Assembly: GCA_038064595.1 (NCBI GenBank)
Contig: JBBTSV010000003.1
Span: 41,150 to 105,149 of the forward strand
Source: Patescibacteria group bacterium
Lineage (GTDB): Bacteria; Patescibacteriota; Minisyncoccia; Phycocordibacterales; Phycocordibacteraceae
Direction of reading: 5' to 3'
DNA: 64,000 bases
Part shown: in pieces, positions 36,992 to 50,147 of the stretch
Numbering within the stretch: position 1 is the stretch's first letter
Layout of the letters: every line of letters begins with the position of its first letter
Translations under genes and position numbers: made by a program
The notes under the pieces: generated by a model
Seen by the model: only the letters and a program-made list of their open reading frames with translations
Database searches by the model: none
Told to the model about the DNA's origin: nothing

Positions 36992-37891
36992 ATTAGCACT
37001 CTGATTGCACCACCCCGCTAATATCGGAGTATGAAATACCAGCGTCTGAGCGTGGAGGGAACGTGAAGAAATACAGCAGGGACCGATTTCAGAGAAGTGT
37101 CTGATGAGGAGATTGCGAAAGTAGAGTACAGACCATTGATTTTTGAGCATATCTACTCTATAATTAACAATGCTGTTAATTCTTACATCTAAATTTTAAA
37201 AAAATAGTATGGCTATGCGCCTATTGAGATCCGTTCTGATTGTAGTAGTACTTTCAATTATAAGTTGGGTTTCGTATACAGAATACTACGTAGCATTTAG
37301 AGACCCTTACCCGCATTATCCCTCAGGCATAATTCTTTATATGCTCATTTTAACGATTTTTTTAATTTCTTATTACTTCTTCAATTTTATTGTTTGTAGA
37401 AATGAGAAAATTTTATCAAATTATTTTCGCCCCACTTGGCCAAAGCGACCCCGAGCCCTTTTAGTTCTCGCACTAACGCCCATAGGAAATTTTTTCACGA
37501 TTCCGGTCCCCTTCTTTCTAACGTGTCTGCTTATGGTTCTGTCTTTATTTGAGTCGGGACTAAAAGCAATTAATGCTTTTGTTTTTTCGGCTCACTTCGT
37601 GGTCTTTTGCACAGCAATAGTAGGGGCGTACATCTTTGAGTGTATTGCCATGGATCAAGGTTGGAAGAGAATGTCCTATGCAGGAAGACTCATAATTTAT
37701 TTGTTAGGTATGTATCTTTTTGCTAGTGTTCTGACAGGAATGTCTTATATCTAACTTCGTCCCATTCGAATACTGTGTCCCGCTCGTAGCATACGAGATG
37801 TCACCAACCATACCCCGTTCCAATCTGGGTATGTGCCATATGTACCGGAGTATGGAAGCCCCACGGGGGGTGGTGCAATCAGAGTGCTAAT
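36992..37891. mobile_element. 900-bp segment bounded by perfect 25-bp inverted repeats, no transposase
   Basis: attagcactctgattgcaccacccc (36992-37016) and its reverse complement (37867-37891). Confidence 0.6.
37209..37754 (+). CDS. AT-rich multi-TM hypothetical protein (passenger gene)
   Basis: 181 aa, about 5 hydrophobic helices, strongly AT-rich compared with the flanks. Confidence 0.6.
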   Translation: MAMRLLRSVLIVVVLSIISWVSYTEYYVAFRDPYPHYPSGIILYMLILTIFLISYYFFNFIVCRNEKILSNYFRPTWPKRPRALLVLALTPIGNFFTIPVPFFLTCLLMVLSLFESGLKAINAFVFSAHFVVFCTAIVGAYIFECIAMDQGWKRMSYAGRLIIYLLGMYLFASVLTGMSYI

Positions 37892-38104
37892 GCACCTGTA
37901 AGGAGTTGATGTGTCTCATTTTCGTTCTAGAGTTATGAATCGATACGTAAAGCCGGAGGACTCGTGTGGCTCGTCTGAAATAATTTTTGTGAACTCGTTT
38001 TCATAGGGAGGAAAGAATGTATCGGCGCCTCTGGCGCCGGTTTGCTTTTTAACCTCCCCATCTATAGAGTAGGCCTGTGTTCAACCAGTTCTTTGGAGGG
38101 CCAA

Positions 38105-38929
38105 ATGGCCACCTCGTTCAATGAAATCAGTGTTCATGTTCTCGCGCGGACGGTTGTCGACCGTGAAGTGGTACGCGCATGGCTCGACGAGATGGGAGCT
38201 GACGAATTCGAGATCCCCTCGGAGGAAGCAGTAACCGACCCGGCACTCCTGGTGGCGCTTGCGGCTAAGCAGTGCTACATGGCGTTCCAGCCGGGGCTCA
38301 ACCCCAACGTCAACAAAGTGCGCAGTGACATGGTCGACTACCTCGACAACGTCCTGAAGCAGCGGCACGGCTCGGTGCTCGAGCACGCCGTCTTCACCCT
38401 CGGCATCAACGGCTGTTCGCGCGTCTTCACGGGCGAGATGAATCGACACCGCGCAGGCGTCGGCATCTCGGAGCGGAGCATGCGTTACATCCGCTACACC
38501 AACATCCGCTTCTGGATGCCGGAGTGCTTTCGCGCGGTCGAGAGCGACTCACCCGAGATCGCCGACAAGAAGACGCGCAGCCGTACGCTTCTGGCCGAGC
38601 AATTCGCGAGTCAGGAGCGCATGATGAGCACCTTTGCGCACATCTGGCAGGAAGAGCTCGCGCCGACGAGCACCTTCCACGCCAAGAAGGTGCTCACCTC
38701 GGCGTTCCGGCGCGGCATCGGGATGGGGATCGCCACCGGCGGCGTATGGTCGCTCAACCTGCGCGCGCTCCGGCACGTCGTCGCTCTCCGCACAGATGCC
38801 GGTGCCGAAGAAGAGATCGCGCATGTCCTGCGGAAGGTGGGCGAGATCATGATCGCGCAGGTACCCGAACTGTTCCAGGACTTCAAGCTGGTCAACGGCT
38901 CGATGGTTCCCGAGTACGAGAAGGTCTGA
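38105..38929 (+). CDS. thyX: Flavin-dependent thymidylate synthase
   Basis: HGSVLEHA, RHRAGVGISERSMRY (RHRx7SxR), NLRALRH, AEEEI. Confidence 0.92.
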   Translation: MATSFNEISVHVLARTVVDREVVRAWLDEMGADEFEIPSEEAVTDPALLVALAAKQCYMAFQPGLNPNVNKVRSDMVDYLDNVLKQRHGSVLEHAVFTLGINGCSRVFTGEMNRHRAGVGISERSMRYIRYTNIRFWMPECFRAVESDSPEIADKKTRSRTLLAEQFASQERMMSTFAHIWQEELAPTSTFHAKKVLTSAFRRGIGMGIATGGVWSLNLRALRHVVALRTDAGAEEEIAHVLRKVGEIMIAQVPELFQDFKLVNGSMVPEYEKV

Positions 38930-38973
38930 CCTTCGAGGGGCGTCAGTTAGCGGCGGGACGTGTCCCGCCGCTT

Positions 38974-39651
38974 TCATTTTTTCTTCGCGTCGCGGTCAGT
39001 CCAGAGCCGTGGGATCATCGCCTGGGGCGTCCAGCTTTTCTTCAACTTTTTTATATCGTGCGAGTTCGCGTACTTACCGGTCGAGGTGTAATCGCGAGCG
39101 AGAATCGGCCCGGTCTCAAAGAAGACAATCTGCGCAATGCGTCGCCCCACCACGAGCGGGATGATGTAGTTTTTAGAGTTATTGGTGATCTCCATCGTCC
39201 AACGGTTGACGTAGCCTACGTCGCCCCAGCCGGCACACTTGCACACCTCGATAAAATTGCGCCCCATCGAGGAGCGCGCCTTCATCATCGTCGTGATCGA
39301 GTCACGGCCGCCGATAAATTCGTTGGTGTGTCCAAGTACCGTCTCACCCGGCCGGAGCATAATAACCTTGTCGTTTGGTTTAATGCCGTCCCATTCAAAA
39401 TGATATTTCTTGAATGCCTCTTTGGCCCTGATAGCGCGTTCAGGCTTATCTGCTCCCCACACATGGCGTGTGTGCTCCTCGCTCCAGATGTTATAGAGGG
39501 AGTGGTTATAGTTTGGTGGCTGCTCGCGAAAGAACCATTCGCCAAGCGTTACATCGTAGCTTGAGGTCGCTAAGTGCGCACGCTTAAAGGGCTCGATCAT
39601 AATCGTCCCCGCCTTCTTATGCTCAAGTATTTTCCGGTCAGATAAGGCCAT
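38974..39651 (-). CDS. dcd: dCTP deaminase
   Basis: LSDRKI, SSYDVTLG, ARSSMGR, GDVGY...TMEITN, RIAQIVF. Confidence 0.9.
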   Translation of the reverse strand: MALSDRKILEHKKAGTIMIEPFKRAHLATSSYDVTLGEWFFREQPPNYNHSLYNIWSEEHTRHVWGADKPERAIRAKEAFKKYHFEWDGIKPNDKVIMLRPGETVLGHTNEFIGGRDSITTMMKARSSMGRNFIEVCKCAGWGDVGYVNRWTMEITNNSKNYIIPLVVGRRIAQIVFFETGPILARDYTSTGKYANSHDIKKLKKSWTPQAMIPRLWTDRDAKKK

Positions 39652-39710
39652 TGTGGCGATTATACTCCTTTCCCTGTACCATTGCTCGCGGGTCAACAAA
39701 AGGAGATCCC

Positions 39711-40346
39711 ATGGGCCAGTACATTGTGTTTGACGGAATGGATGGGTCGGGCAAGGGCACCCAGATGAAGCTCTTGCAGGAACGGTTCGGTGCCACGGCT
39801 GTGTTCACCCGAGAACCGGGTGGAACGCCGTTCGCCGAGGAAATCCGGAGAGTCGTCCGCGACAACCCGCTCGCGGCTACCTCGACGGGGCTCAACAACT
39901 TCCTCTTGTTCTGGGCGGCACGCGAGGAGCTACAGCAGAATCTCGTGGCACCGGCGCTTCAGGCAGAGAGGCACGTGTTCTCTGACCGGGGCGACTCGTC
40001 GACCTACGCGTTTCAGCTGTGGGGCGAACAACATCGCGAGTTGCTGGGTCTGTTCAAGCTCTTGCGTTACTTCGTGTTCGAGAAGTCGCGCGAGCGTCGC
40101 GCGCCCGATCTCTACATCATCTTCGACTTGCACCCGCGAATCGCGCGCGAGCGGGTGATGGCAGACAGCGCGCGCGAGCAGAACCACTTCGACATGCGCG
40201 ATCTCGAGTACTACCAGCGGGTTCGTGAGGGGTTCCACAGCTTCGCGAGCCAGTGGCCAGCGGTATTTCTCGATGCGACGCGGCCTCCTGCCGAGGTTCA
40301 CCAGGACGTTCTCGATCTGCTCGCGTCTCGGGGGATCGTTCCTTGA
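39711..40346 (+). CDS. tmk: Thymidylate kinase
   Basis: FDGMDGSGKGTQ, TREPGGT, SDR..SSTYAFQ, PDL. Confidence 0.95.
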   Translation: MGQYIVFDGMDGSGKGTQMKLLQERFGATAVFTREPGGTPFAEEIRRVVRDNPLAATSTGLNNFLLFWAAREELQQNLVAPALQAERHVFSDRGDSSTYAFQLWGEQHRELLGLFKLLRYFVFEKSRERRAPDLYIIFDLHPRIARERVMADSAREQNHFDMRDLEYYQRVREGFHSFASQWPAVFLDATRPPAEVHQDVLDLLASRGIVP

Positions 40347-40409
40347 ACACAACACCGGCGCGCCTTGGCGCGCCGGCACATTTTTAGATAGTAAGGTAGG
40401 ATAGAAATC

Positions 40410-41672
40410 ATGCAGTTTTCGAACATCAAGAAACAGGATAAGGCGGTCTATGAGGCCATTGTCGGCGAGGAGAAACGACAGAAGGAGGGGCTCGAGCTCA
40501 TCCCGAGTGAGAATTATGTGAGCCGAGCGGTGAAGGAGGCGATGGCCTCCTCCCTCACCAATAAATACTCGGAGGGGTATCCGGGTCGCCGCTACTACGG
40601 CGGCCAGGAGTATACCGATCAGGTAGAGCTGCTCGCTATCGAGCGCGCCAAGAAGCTCTTTGGTGCTAAGTATGCCAACGTACAGGCCCTGGGCGGCGCC
40701 AATGCCAACATCGCCATGTACTTCGCCCTCCTTAACCCCGGCGACACGATCCTCGGGATGGACCTCTCGCACGGCGGGCACCTCACGCACGGCCACCCCG
40801 TGACGTATCTCACCAAGATCTTCAACTTCCAGAGGTACAAGATGAAGAATATCGAGACGGGTGAAATAGACTATGCCGAGATGCGCCGCACGGCAAAAAA
40901 GATTAAGCCCAAGATTATCCTCGCCGGCTTCTCGGCCTATCCGCGCGAGCTCGACTATAAAAAGTTCGTCTCGATCGCACGCGAGGTCGGTGCAATAGCG
41001 GTGATGGATATCGCACACATTGCTGGCCTCATCGCAGGGAAGGCAGTTAAGAATCCTTTCGACTACGGCTTTGACATCATGACGAGCACGACCCACAAGA
41101 CGCTCCGGGGCCCGCGTGGCGGCTTGATTCTCGTGCGCGAAAGCGAAGAACTCGCGAAGTCGATTGATAAGGCGATATTCCCTGGCCTTCAGGGCGGCCC
41201 GCACATGCACCAGATTGCCGCCAAGGCCGTCGCCTTCGGCGAGGCGCTGAAGCCGTCGTTTAAGAAGTATGCGAAGCAGATATTGAAAAACACCAAGGCG
41301 ATGGAGCAGGCCTTCAAGAAGCATAAGGCGCGCATGATCACGGGCGGGTCTGACAATCACCTGATTCTTCTCGATGTGTGGACCTCGTTCGGGATCTCGG
41401 GCGGGGAAGCAGAGGCGCTGCTCGACAGAGCTGGCATCACGCTCAATAAAAACGCGATCGCTGACGACACGCGCAAGCCGATGGACCCCTCCGGGATCCG
41501 CTTCGGCACACCGGCGATGACGACGCGCGGCTTTAAAGAAAAGGACGCCAAGCGTGTCGCCGAGATAATGATCGAGGTGCTTACGAAGCGTGACGACGTG
41601 GCCGTGAAGCGCTCTCGGCAGGAGATCAAGAAGCTCGCGCTCACTCACCCGATCCCCGAATCATTTTCCTAG
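40410..41672 (+). CDS. glyA: Serine hydroxymethyltransferase
   Basis: LIPSENY, YSEGYPGRRYYGG, STTHKTLRGPRGG. Confidence 0.98.
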   Translation: MQFSNIKKQDKAVYEAIVGEEKRQKEGLELIPSENYVSRAVKEAMASSLTNKYSEGYPGRRYYGGQEYTDQVELLAIERAKKLFGAKYANVQALGGANANIAMYFALLNPGDTILGMDLSHGGHLTHGHPVTYLTKIFNFQRYKMKNIETGEIDYAEMRRTAKKIKPKIILAGFSAYPRELDYKKFVSIAREVGAIAVMDIAHIAGLIAGKAVKNPFDYGFDIMTSTTHKTLRGPRGGLILVRESEELAKSIDKAIFPGLQGGPHMHQIAAKAVAFGEALKPSFKKYAKQILKNTKAMEQAFKKHKARMITGGSDNHLILLDVWTSFGISGGEAEALLDRAGITLNKNAIADDTRKPMDPSGIRFGTPAMTTRGFKEKDAKRVAEIMIEVLTKRDDVAVKRSRQEIKKLALTHPIPESFS

Positions 41673-41696
41673 CACGCCCCATTGGGACGACGAGGT

Positions 41697-41714
41697 GGTA
41701 TGATATATCATACC
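41697..41714. promoter_or_regulatory. 18-bp palindrome GGTATGATATATCATACC, copy 1
   Basis: Perfect palindrome 15 nt upstream of the TrpR-like ATG; overlaps TGgTATGAT. Confidence 0.8.
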
Positions 41715-41729
41715 TTTAGCGTTTTACCC

Positions 41730-42158
41730 ATGACTCACATTTCCAAGAAAAGGATCAAGAAAGAAGTCGCGACAGAGCTCGCAGATCAGTTTCTGACTTT
41801 TCTATCACTCGCAACGAGTAAAAAGGAGGCACGCATTCTTGCCAACGAACTCCTTTCACAGACGGAGCGTGTGATGCTCGCGAAGCGTCTCGCGGTGGTC
41901 GTGCTCCTGGTGCGCGGGTACTCGTTTGGACAAATCGAAGAGGCGCTCGGGGTCACGCGCCAGACAGCTATACGAGTGTGGAAAGACGTAAAGCTCGGGA
42001 AGTATGACCACATAGCGCGCTATGCACGAAAACATACCAATCACTTCAAAAAAGAAGCATTTATAGAAAAACTCATCCGCACCATTCATCTTGGCATGCC
42101 TCCACGCGCGGGGAAGGGTCGTTGGAAATTTCTCGACAAATCCCTCTCGGGCTCATGA
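41730..42158 (+). CDS. TrpR/YerC-YecD-like HTH protein
   Basis: ELLSQTERVMLAKRL....LL.RGYSFGQIEEALGVTRQTA. Confidence 0.8.
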   Translation: MTHISKKRIKKEVATELADQFLTFLSLATSKKEARILANELLSQTERVMLAKRLAVVVLLVRGYSFGQIEEALGVTRQTAIRVWKDVKLGKYDHIARYARKHTNHFKKEAFIEKLIRTIHLGMPPRAGKGRWKFLDKSLSGS

Positions 42159-42160
42159 GT

Positions 42161-42186
42161 AAAAGGTATGATATATCATACCTTTT
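42161..42186. promoter_or_regulatory. Palindrome copy 2 (26 bp, AAAAGGTATGATATATCATACCTTTT)
   Basis: Begins 2 nt after the TrpR-like stop codon, upstream of the argS -10 element. Confidence 0.8.
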
Positions 42187-42230
42187 GTCCCGACCGTAAA
42201 CCGTAAGGGGGGTTTGCTATACTCAAACAT

Positions 42231-43913
42231 ATGGAGGAGAAGATACAGAAGGCAGTACAGGGGGCGCTTGCGGATATGGGCGCAGGCGACGTTGCGTTTG
42301 CGATTGGGCGGCCGAACGGGGTGAGCTTCGGCGATTACGCGACCAACGCGGCACTGGTAGCAGCAAAGCAGCTGGGTAAGAATCCGCGCGAGCTCGCCGA
42401 ACAGCTCGCAGACACACTCAGGTCCTCGACTACGCTCGGACCGACCTCGATTGCTGCAATCGAGGTCGCGGGGCCTGGATTTGTGAATATTACGCTCGCG
42501 CGCGAGGCAGTGGCGCTTGCGGTGGCCGAGGCCGAGGTGCAGGGGAGTGAGTGGGGGAAGGGGACCGCGAGCTCCGGCGTGCGCACGATTGTCGAGTACG
42601 GGAACCCCAACGCTTTTAAAGAGATGCACATCGGGCATTTGGTGGGGACGGTAGTCGGCGAGTCTGTGGCGCGACTTATTGAGAATGCTGGCGCGACCTT
42701 GGCGCGCGACACCTTCGGCGGCGACATCGGCCCAAACGTCGCGAAGGCGCTCTGGGGGCTGCAGAAAGCGGGTGTCACGGAGCCGAGCGCGACTGATCTT
42801 GGTACCGCGTATGCCGCTGGCTCAAACGCGTATGACACCGATGAGACCGCGAAGGTAGAGATAGACGCGCTCAATCAGGCGATCTATGCGGGGAGCGACG
42901 CGGCGCTGATGGATCTTTGGCGCCGCGGGCGCGAGGTCTCGATGGAGGAGTTCCGTCGTATTTGGAAATTGCTCGGCACGCACTTTGACTTTGAATTTTT
43001 CGACAGCGACACGACCGAGACGGGACTGCGAGTAGTGAAGGACGGCCTCGAGAAGGGCGTGTTCGAGATGAGTGACGGCGCAGTTATCTATAACGGAGAG
43101 AAAAAGGGTGTGCACACAATGGTTTTCATCACCTCACATAACACGCCTACCTATGAGGCTAAAGATATCGGTCTCGCGTTTCTTAAAGAGGAGCGATGGC
43201 CCTCGGACAAGGTAATTATCGTCACTGGCAATGAACAGACCGGCCGTTTCAGAACCGTTCTTTCGGCGCTCGCAGAGCTCGCGCCGAACCTCGCAGCCAA
43301 GATGGAGCACCTCGCGACCGGTTTTCTCAAACTCACTTCAGGCAAGATGTCTTCGCGAGAGGGAAATGTCGTCACTGCTGCAGACTTCATTACGAGTGTT
43401 GTCGAGAAGACGAGTGAGAAGAATGCTGACCCACTCGTCGCAGAGCAGGTGGCGGTGGGCGCGATCAAGTATATGATTCTGCGTCAAGCGCCAGGATCCG
43501 ACATTATTTTTGACGAAGCAAAGTCACTCTCACTTGAGGGCGACTCGGGGCCATATCTGCAGTACGCGCTGGTGCGCGCTAAGTCAGTCGTCGCAAAAAC
43601 AGACGAGACGAACTCGTCAAAAGGTATGATATATCATACCAGTAGCACCAAACACTCGGATGAAGCATATGTGCTGGAGCGAATCACGCTGCACTTCCCG
43701 GAGGTGGCGGCGCGCGCCGCGAGCTCGCGTGCGCCCAATCTCTTGGTGAACTACCTCACCGAGCTCGCGGGGGAGTGGAATGCGTTTTATGCCAAAGAAA
43801 GAATCATTGGTGGCGAGCACGAGGCGCACAAGCTCTTGGTCGCGCGTGCGTTCATCAATACGATGACCAACGGACTCACTTTGCTCGGTATCCCCACCCC
43901 AGAGAGGATGTAG
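42231..43913 (+). CDS. argS: Arginine--tRNA ligase
   Basis: FGDYATN, AGPGFVN, HIGH, KMSSREG, GPYLQYA. Confidence 0.97.
   Translation: MEEKIQKAVQGALADMGAGDVAFAIGRPNGVSFGDYATNAALVAAKQLGKNPRELAEQLADTLRSSTTLGPTSIAAIEVAGPGFVNITLAREAVALAVAEAEVQGSEWGKGTASSGVRTIVEYGNPNAFKEMHIGHLVGTVVGESVARLIENAGATLARDTFGGDIGPNVAKALWGLQKAGVTEPSATDLGTAYAAGSNAYDTDETAKVEIDALNQAIYAGSDAALMDLWRRGREVSMEEFRRIWKLLGTHFDFEFFDSDTTETGLRVVKDGLEKGVFEMSDGAVIYNGEKKGVHTMVFITSHNTPTYEAKDIGLAFLKEERWPSDKVIIVTGNEQTGRFRTVLSALAELAPNLAAKMEHLATGFLKLTSGKMSSREGNVVTAADFITSVVEKTSEKNADPLVAEQVAVGAIKYMILRQAPGSDIIFDEAKSLSLEGDSGPYLQYALVRAKSVVAKTDETNSSKGMIYHTSSTKHSDEAYVLERITLHFPEVAARAASSRAPNLLVNYLTELAGEWNAFYAKERIIGGEHEAHKLLVARAFINTMTNGLTLLGIPTPERM
43623..43640. 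repeat. Palindrome copy 3 (inside argS)
   Basis: Exact GGTATGATATATCATACC, read as GMIYHT. Confidence 0.85.
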
Positions 43914-43995
43914 CTTGCGTGAAGTGAGACTTCACGGTAAATTCACGCGCACAGGCCGTTCACTCCCGGACGGACCTGCAACCAAGGAGTTCTCG

Positions 43996-44190
43996 ATGAC
44001 GACAGCACAGAAGCGGCGCCACGCGCTGCATCGCATCCTTCGTTCCGGCGATACCCCGGAGCCCGTCAATCCGACGGACAAGAAAGAGGCGATGATCGAT
44101 GCGCTGGGCAGCGAGTCCACGAAGGACGTGAAGCCGCAAATGACCCGGCCGCCGGCCCACTCGGGCTACCACGCCGGCGCTCGGCGCTGA
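43996..44190 (+). CDS. Small hypothetical protein (64 aa)
   Basis: SD AAGGAG; followed by hairpin acagccgc...gcggctgt and a T tract. Confidence 0.5.
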   Translation: MTTAQKRRHALHRILRSGDTPEPVNPTDKKEAMIDALGSESTKDVKPQMTRPPAHSGYHAGARR

Positions 44191-44269
44191 AGCGCCACTT
44201 CCAGGAAGTACGACAGCCGCCCCGCGCGGCTGTTCCCTTTTTAGCCTGTAAACGCTACGATACGCAGAT

Positions 44270-47648
<3,379 letters not shown>

Positions 47649-47659
<11 letters not shown>

Positions 47660-48209
47660 ATACCATACGCGCGGAATCATACTTACCCGCACTTCTGTGG
47701 GCGAGGCAAACGCCCTCATTACGGTGCTCGCCGCTGAGCTTGGACTGGTGCGTGCACGTGCGCAAGGCGTCCGCCGCTCGGGAGCAAAGCTCGCGCCGGC
47801 ACTCACCACATTTGCCGAGAGTACCCTTGTTGTGGTGCGGGGAAGGGAGGGGTGGAGGATTGCCGGCGCGGTACTCGAGACGCCGTGGTTCGCTCGGTTT
47901 ACCACCCGGGAGACGCGTGATACTGCTGCCCGTGTCGTTGGACTCGTTATCCGTCTTGCACCAGGTGAGGGTGAAAACACCGAGCTGTTTTCGATTCTCG
48001 AGAGTTTTTTTACTGCGCTCGCGACCTGCTCACCTGAAATGTATGAAGCGATCGAAATTCTTGCCGCACTTCGTATTCTTGCTGTACTCGGTTTTGATGC
48101 CGGAGGAATACCCACAGGATTTTCTCTGAAGGTACTCAAGAAAGTAATGAGTGAACGTCTCGTCTATATCGCACGGGTGAATCGGGGTATCGAAGCGTCG
48201 GGACTCTAA
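47649..48209 (+). CDS. recO: DNA repair protein RecO (short)
   Basis: TRGIIL....GEAN..ITVL....[11 protein letters not shown]...KL. Confidence 0.8.
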
Positions 48210-48230
48210 GGACTTGCTATACTAGGGGAT

Positions 48231-50138
48231 ATGCCTTCGCCGTCTGATGATGATTTGAGTTCACTCGAGCGCGCTCGAGAACGTCTCTACCAGCCTGTTG
48301 CGCCCACTCCCGTGCGCCGTTCCCTCGAGGCCGAACATTTTGGAGGTACCCCGCATGTGTGGGAGGACGATCCGTTGCAGAAAGTTGCAGCACAAGTTGC
48401 ATCTCAGCAACTCTCTGGAGGGAAAAAGCATGTGCGCCTTGCCAGTATCTTTTTTGTCGGCGCGTTTCTCTTTTTCCTCGTATCGCTCGCCGCAACCATT
48501 TTTGTATTTTTTGTGGGTGGAAACTCGGTCTCCGTCGACAAGGTTTCTCTTACTTTCGAAGGGCCAACCACAATCACGGGTGGTGACACCGCCTCCCTCG
48601 TTGTGACCATTACGAATACCAACGCGGTACCGATCAACGATGCGACAATCGAGATAACGTTCCCTTCAAGCACACGCAGTGCCGATGATGCCACTAAGCC
48701 GTATCCGCGTTATACCGAAAACCTCGGGACGCTTGCGAGCGGTGCGACTGTGACACGATCTCTCAAGGCGCGGTTCTTTGGCGGGCAGGGTGATGCGCTC
48801 AAGACATCAGCCTCTCTCTCTTATGCCGCTACGGGCTCTAATGCCGTATTTGTAAAAGAGACAACGTATGCGCTCACCGTGTCTACGACGCCGCTCGCGC
48901 TCACGGTCGAGACCGTTTCTGAAGTTGTGTCAGGCCAGCTTCTGACACTCGCAATCACAGCACGCTCAAATGCGAGTGTGCCACTCACCAACGTTGTCGT
49001 GAATAGTGTCATGCCATTTGGTTTTACGGTGCAGGACTCTTCGCTCCCGCTCAGCAATGGAAGCTTCCTTATCGGGACACTCGCGCCGGGTGCGACAAAG
49101 CGCATCACGCTCTCTGGCACGCTCAGTGGGCAGCAGAATGATCAGCGAGCGTTCCATTTTTCTATTGGGACCGCAAAGACAGCCAATGATCAGGCCCTCG
49201 CCGTTAACTACATGACCCAGAACATTTCTGTGGGCATTGTCGCTCCGTTTATTAACACCACTCTAGCGATCAATGGTGACACGGGAGCCACGGGCGTACT
49301 CACGGCCGGAGCGCAACAAAACATCACCGTTTCGTACACGAATACGCTCACCACTACTGTCACAAATGCAAATATTGCCGTGGCGATCACTGGCGCAGCG
49401 GTTGATTATGAGAGTCTTCGTACCGAGAATGGCTTCTATCGCTCGAGCGACCACACAATCGTTTTCAGTCGTGACACTGACCCGGCTCTTGCAGTGCTCG
49501 CTCCGGGTGCTTCAGGTCTGGGGACCTTCTCCTTCTCAACACTGCCGGTGAACGCGCTCTCTGCGTCACCGAGTGTCACCCTCACCACCTCGGTGTCAGG
49601 GACGCGCGTCGGACAGACAAATGTCCCCGAACAGGTGACCGCGTCAGCGATGCGTGTCGCGAAGGTGACCACGCTGCCGACCTTGAGTGCAGCATCGCTT
49701 CGCATGGGTGGGCCGCTTACCTCAAGTGGGCCGATCCCACCGCGCGTGGGACAGGCCACGACCTACACAGTTTTGTGGAGCATACGTACCCACGGAGGCG
49801 CGCTTGCGGGCAACACACTCTCAGCCACACTCCCAAGCTATGTCACCTACACGGGAGCAACTTCAGGTGCGGGCAGTTTCTCATATAATCCAGGTGCTCG
49901 TACGGTTACCTGGGGTGTTGGTGACCTTGGTGCCAACTCAAGCGCGCAAGGATACTTCCAGGTTTCGATTACGCCCTCAACCTCACAGCGAGGAACCTCG
50001 CCGGCGCTTACGGGCGGCGTAACCTATAGCGGCTATGATCGCTTTGCGGGGGTACAAGCCAATGCGACGACCGAGGCGGTGACCACTGAAACGCCGACCG
50101 ACCTAGGGTATGTCGCGGGGAAGGGAGTTGTGCAATAA
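48231..50138 (+). CDS. Membrane-anchored Thr/Ser-rich multi-beta-sandwich surface protein
   Basis: Single TM helix near residue 70-95 followed by repeated Ig-like segments. Confidence 0.7.
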   Translation: MPSPSDDDLSSLERARERLYQPVAPTPVRRSLEAEHFGGTPHVWEDDPLQKVAAQVASQQLSGGKKHVRLASIFFVGAFLFFLVSLAATIFVFFVGGNSVSVDKVSLTFEGPTTITGGDTASLVVTITNTNAVPINDATIEITFPSSTRSADDATKPYPRYTENLGTLASGATVTRSLKARFFGGQGDALKTSASLSYAATGSNAVFVKETTYALTVSTTPLALTVETVSEVVSGQLLTLAITARSNASVPLTNVVVNSVMPFGFTVQDSSLPLSNGSFLIGTLAPGATKRITLSGTLSGQQNDQRAFHFSIGTAKTANDQALAVNYMTQNISVGIVAPFINTTLAINGDTGATGVLTAGAQQNITVSYTNTLTTTVTNANIAVAITGAAVDYESLRTENGFYRSSDHTIVFSRDTDPALAVLAPGASGLGTFSFSTLPVNALSASPSVTLTTSVSGTRVGQTNVPEQVTASAMRVAKVTTLPTLSAASLRMGGPLTSSGPIPPRVGQATTYTVLWSIRTHGGALAGNTLSATLPSYVTYTGATSGAGSFSYNPGARTVTWGVGDLGANSSAQGYFQVSITPSTSQRGTSPALTGGVTYSGYDRFAGVQANATTEAVTTETPTDLGYVAGKGVVQ

Positions 50139-50147
50139 TCCAGGTCT

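Noticed and set aside
39930-41648. Long antisense ORFs (also 35817..36848, 54335..55219, 6231..7073, 38524..39564 and similar)
   Set aside because: These are shadow or alternate-frame ORFs over well-supported high-GC genes, with no recognisable motifs.
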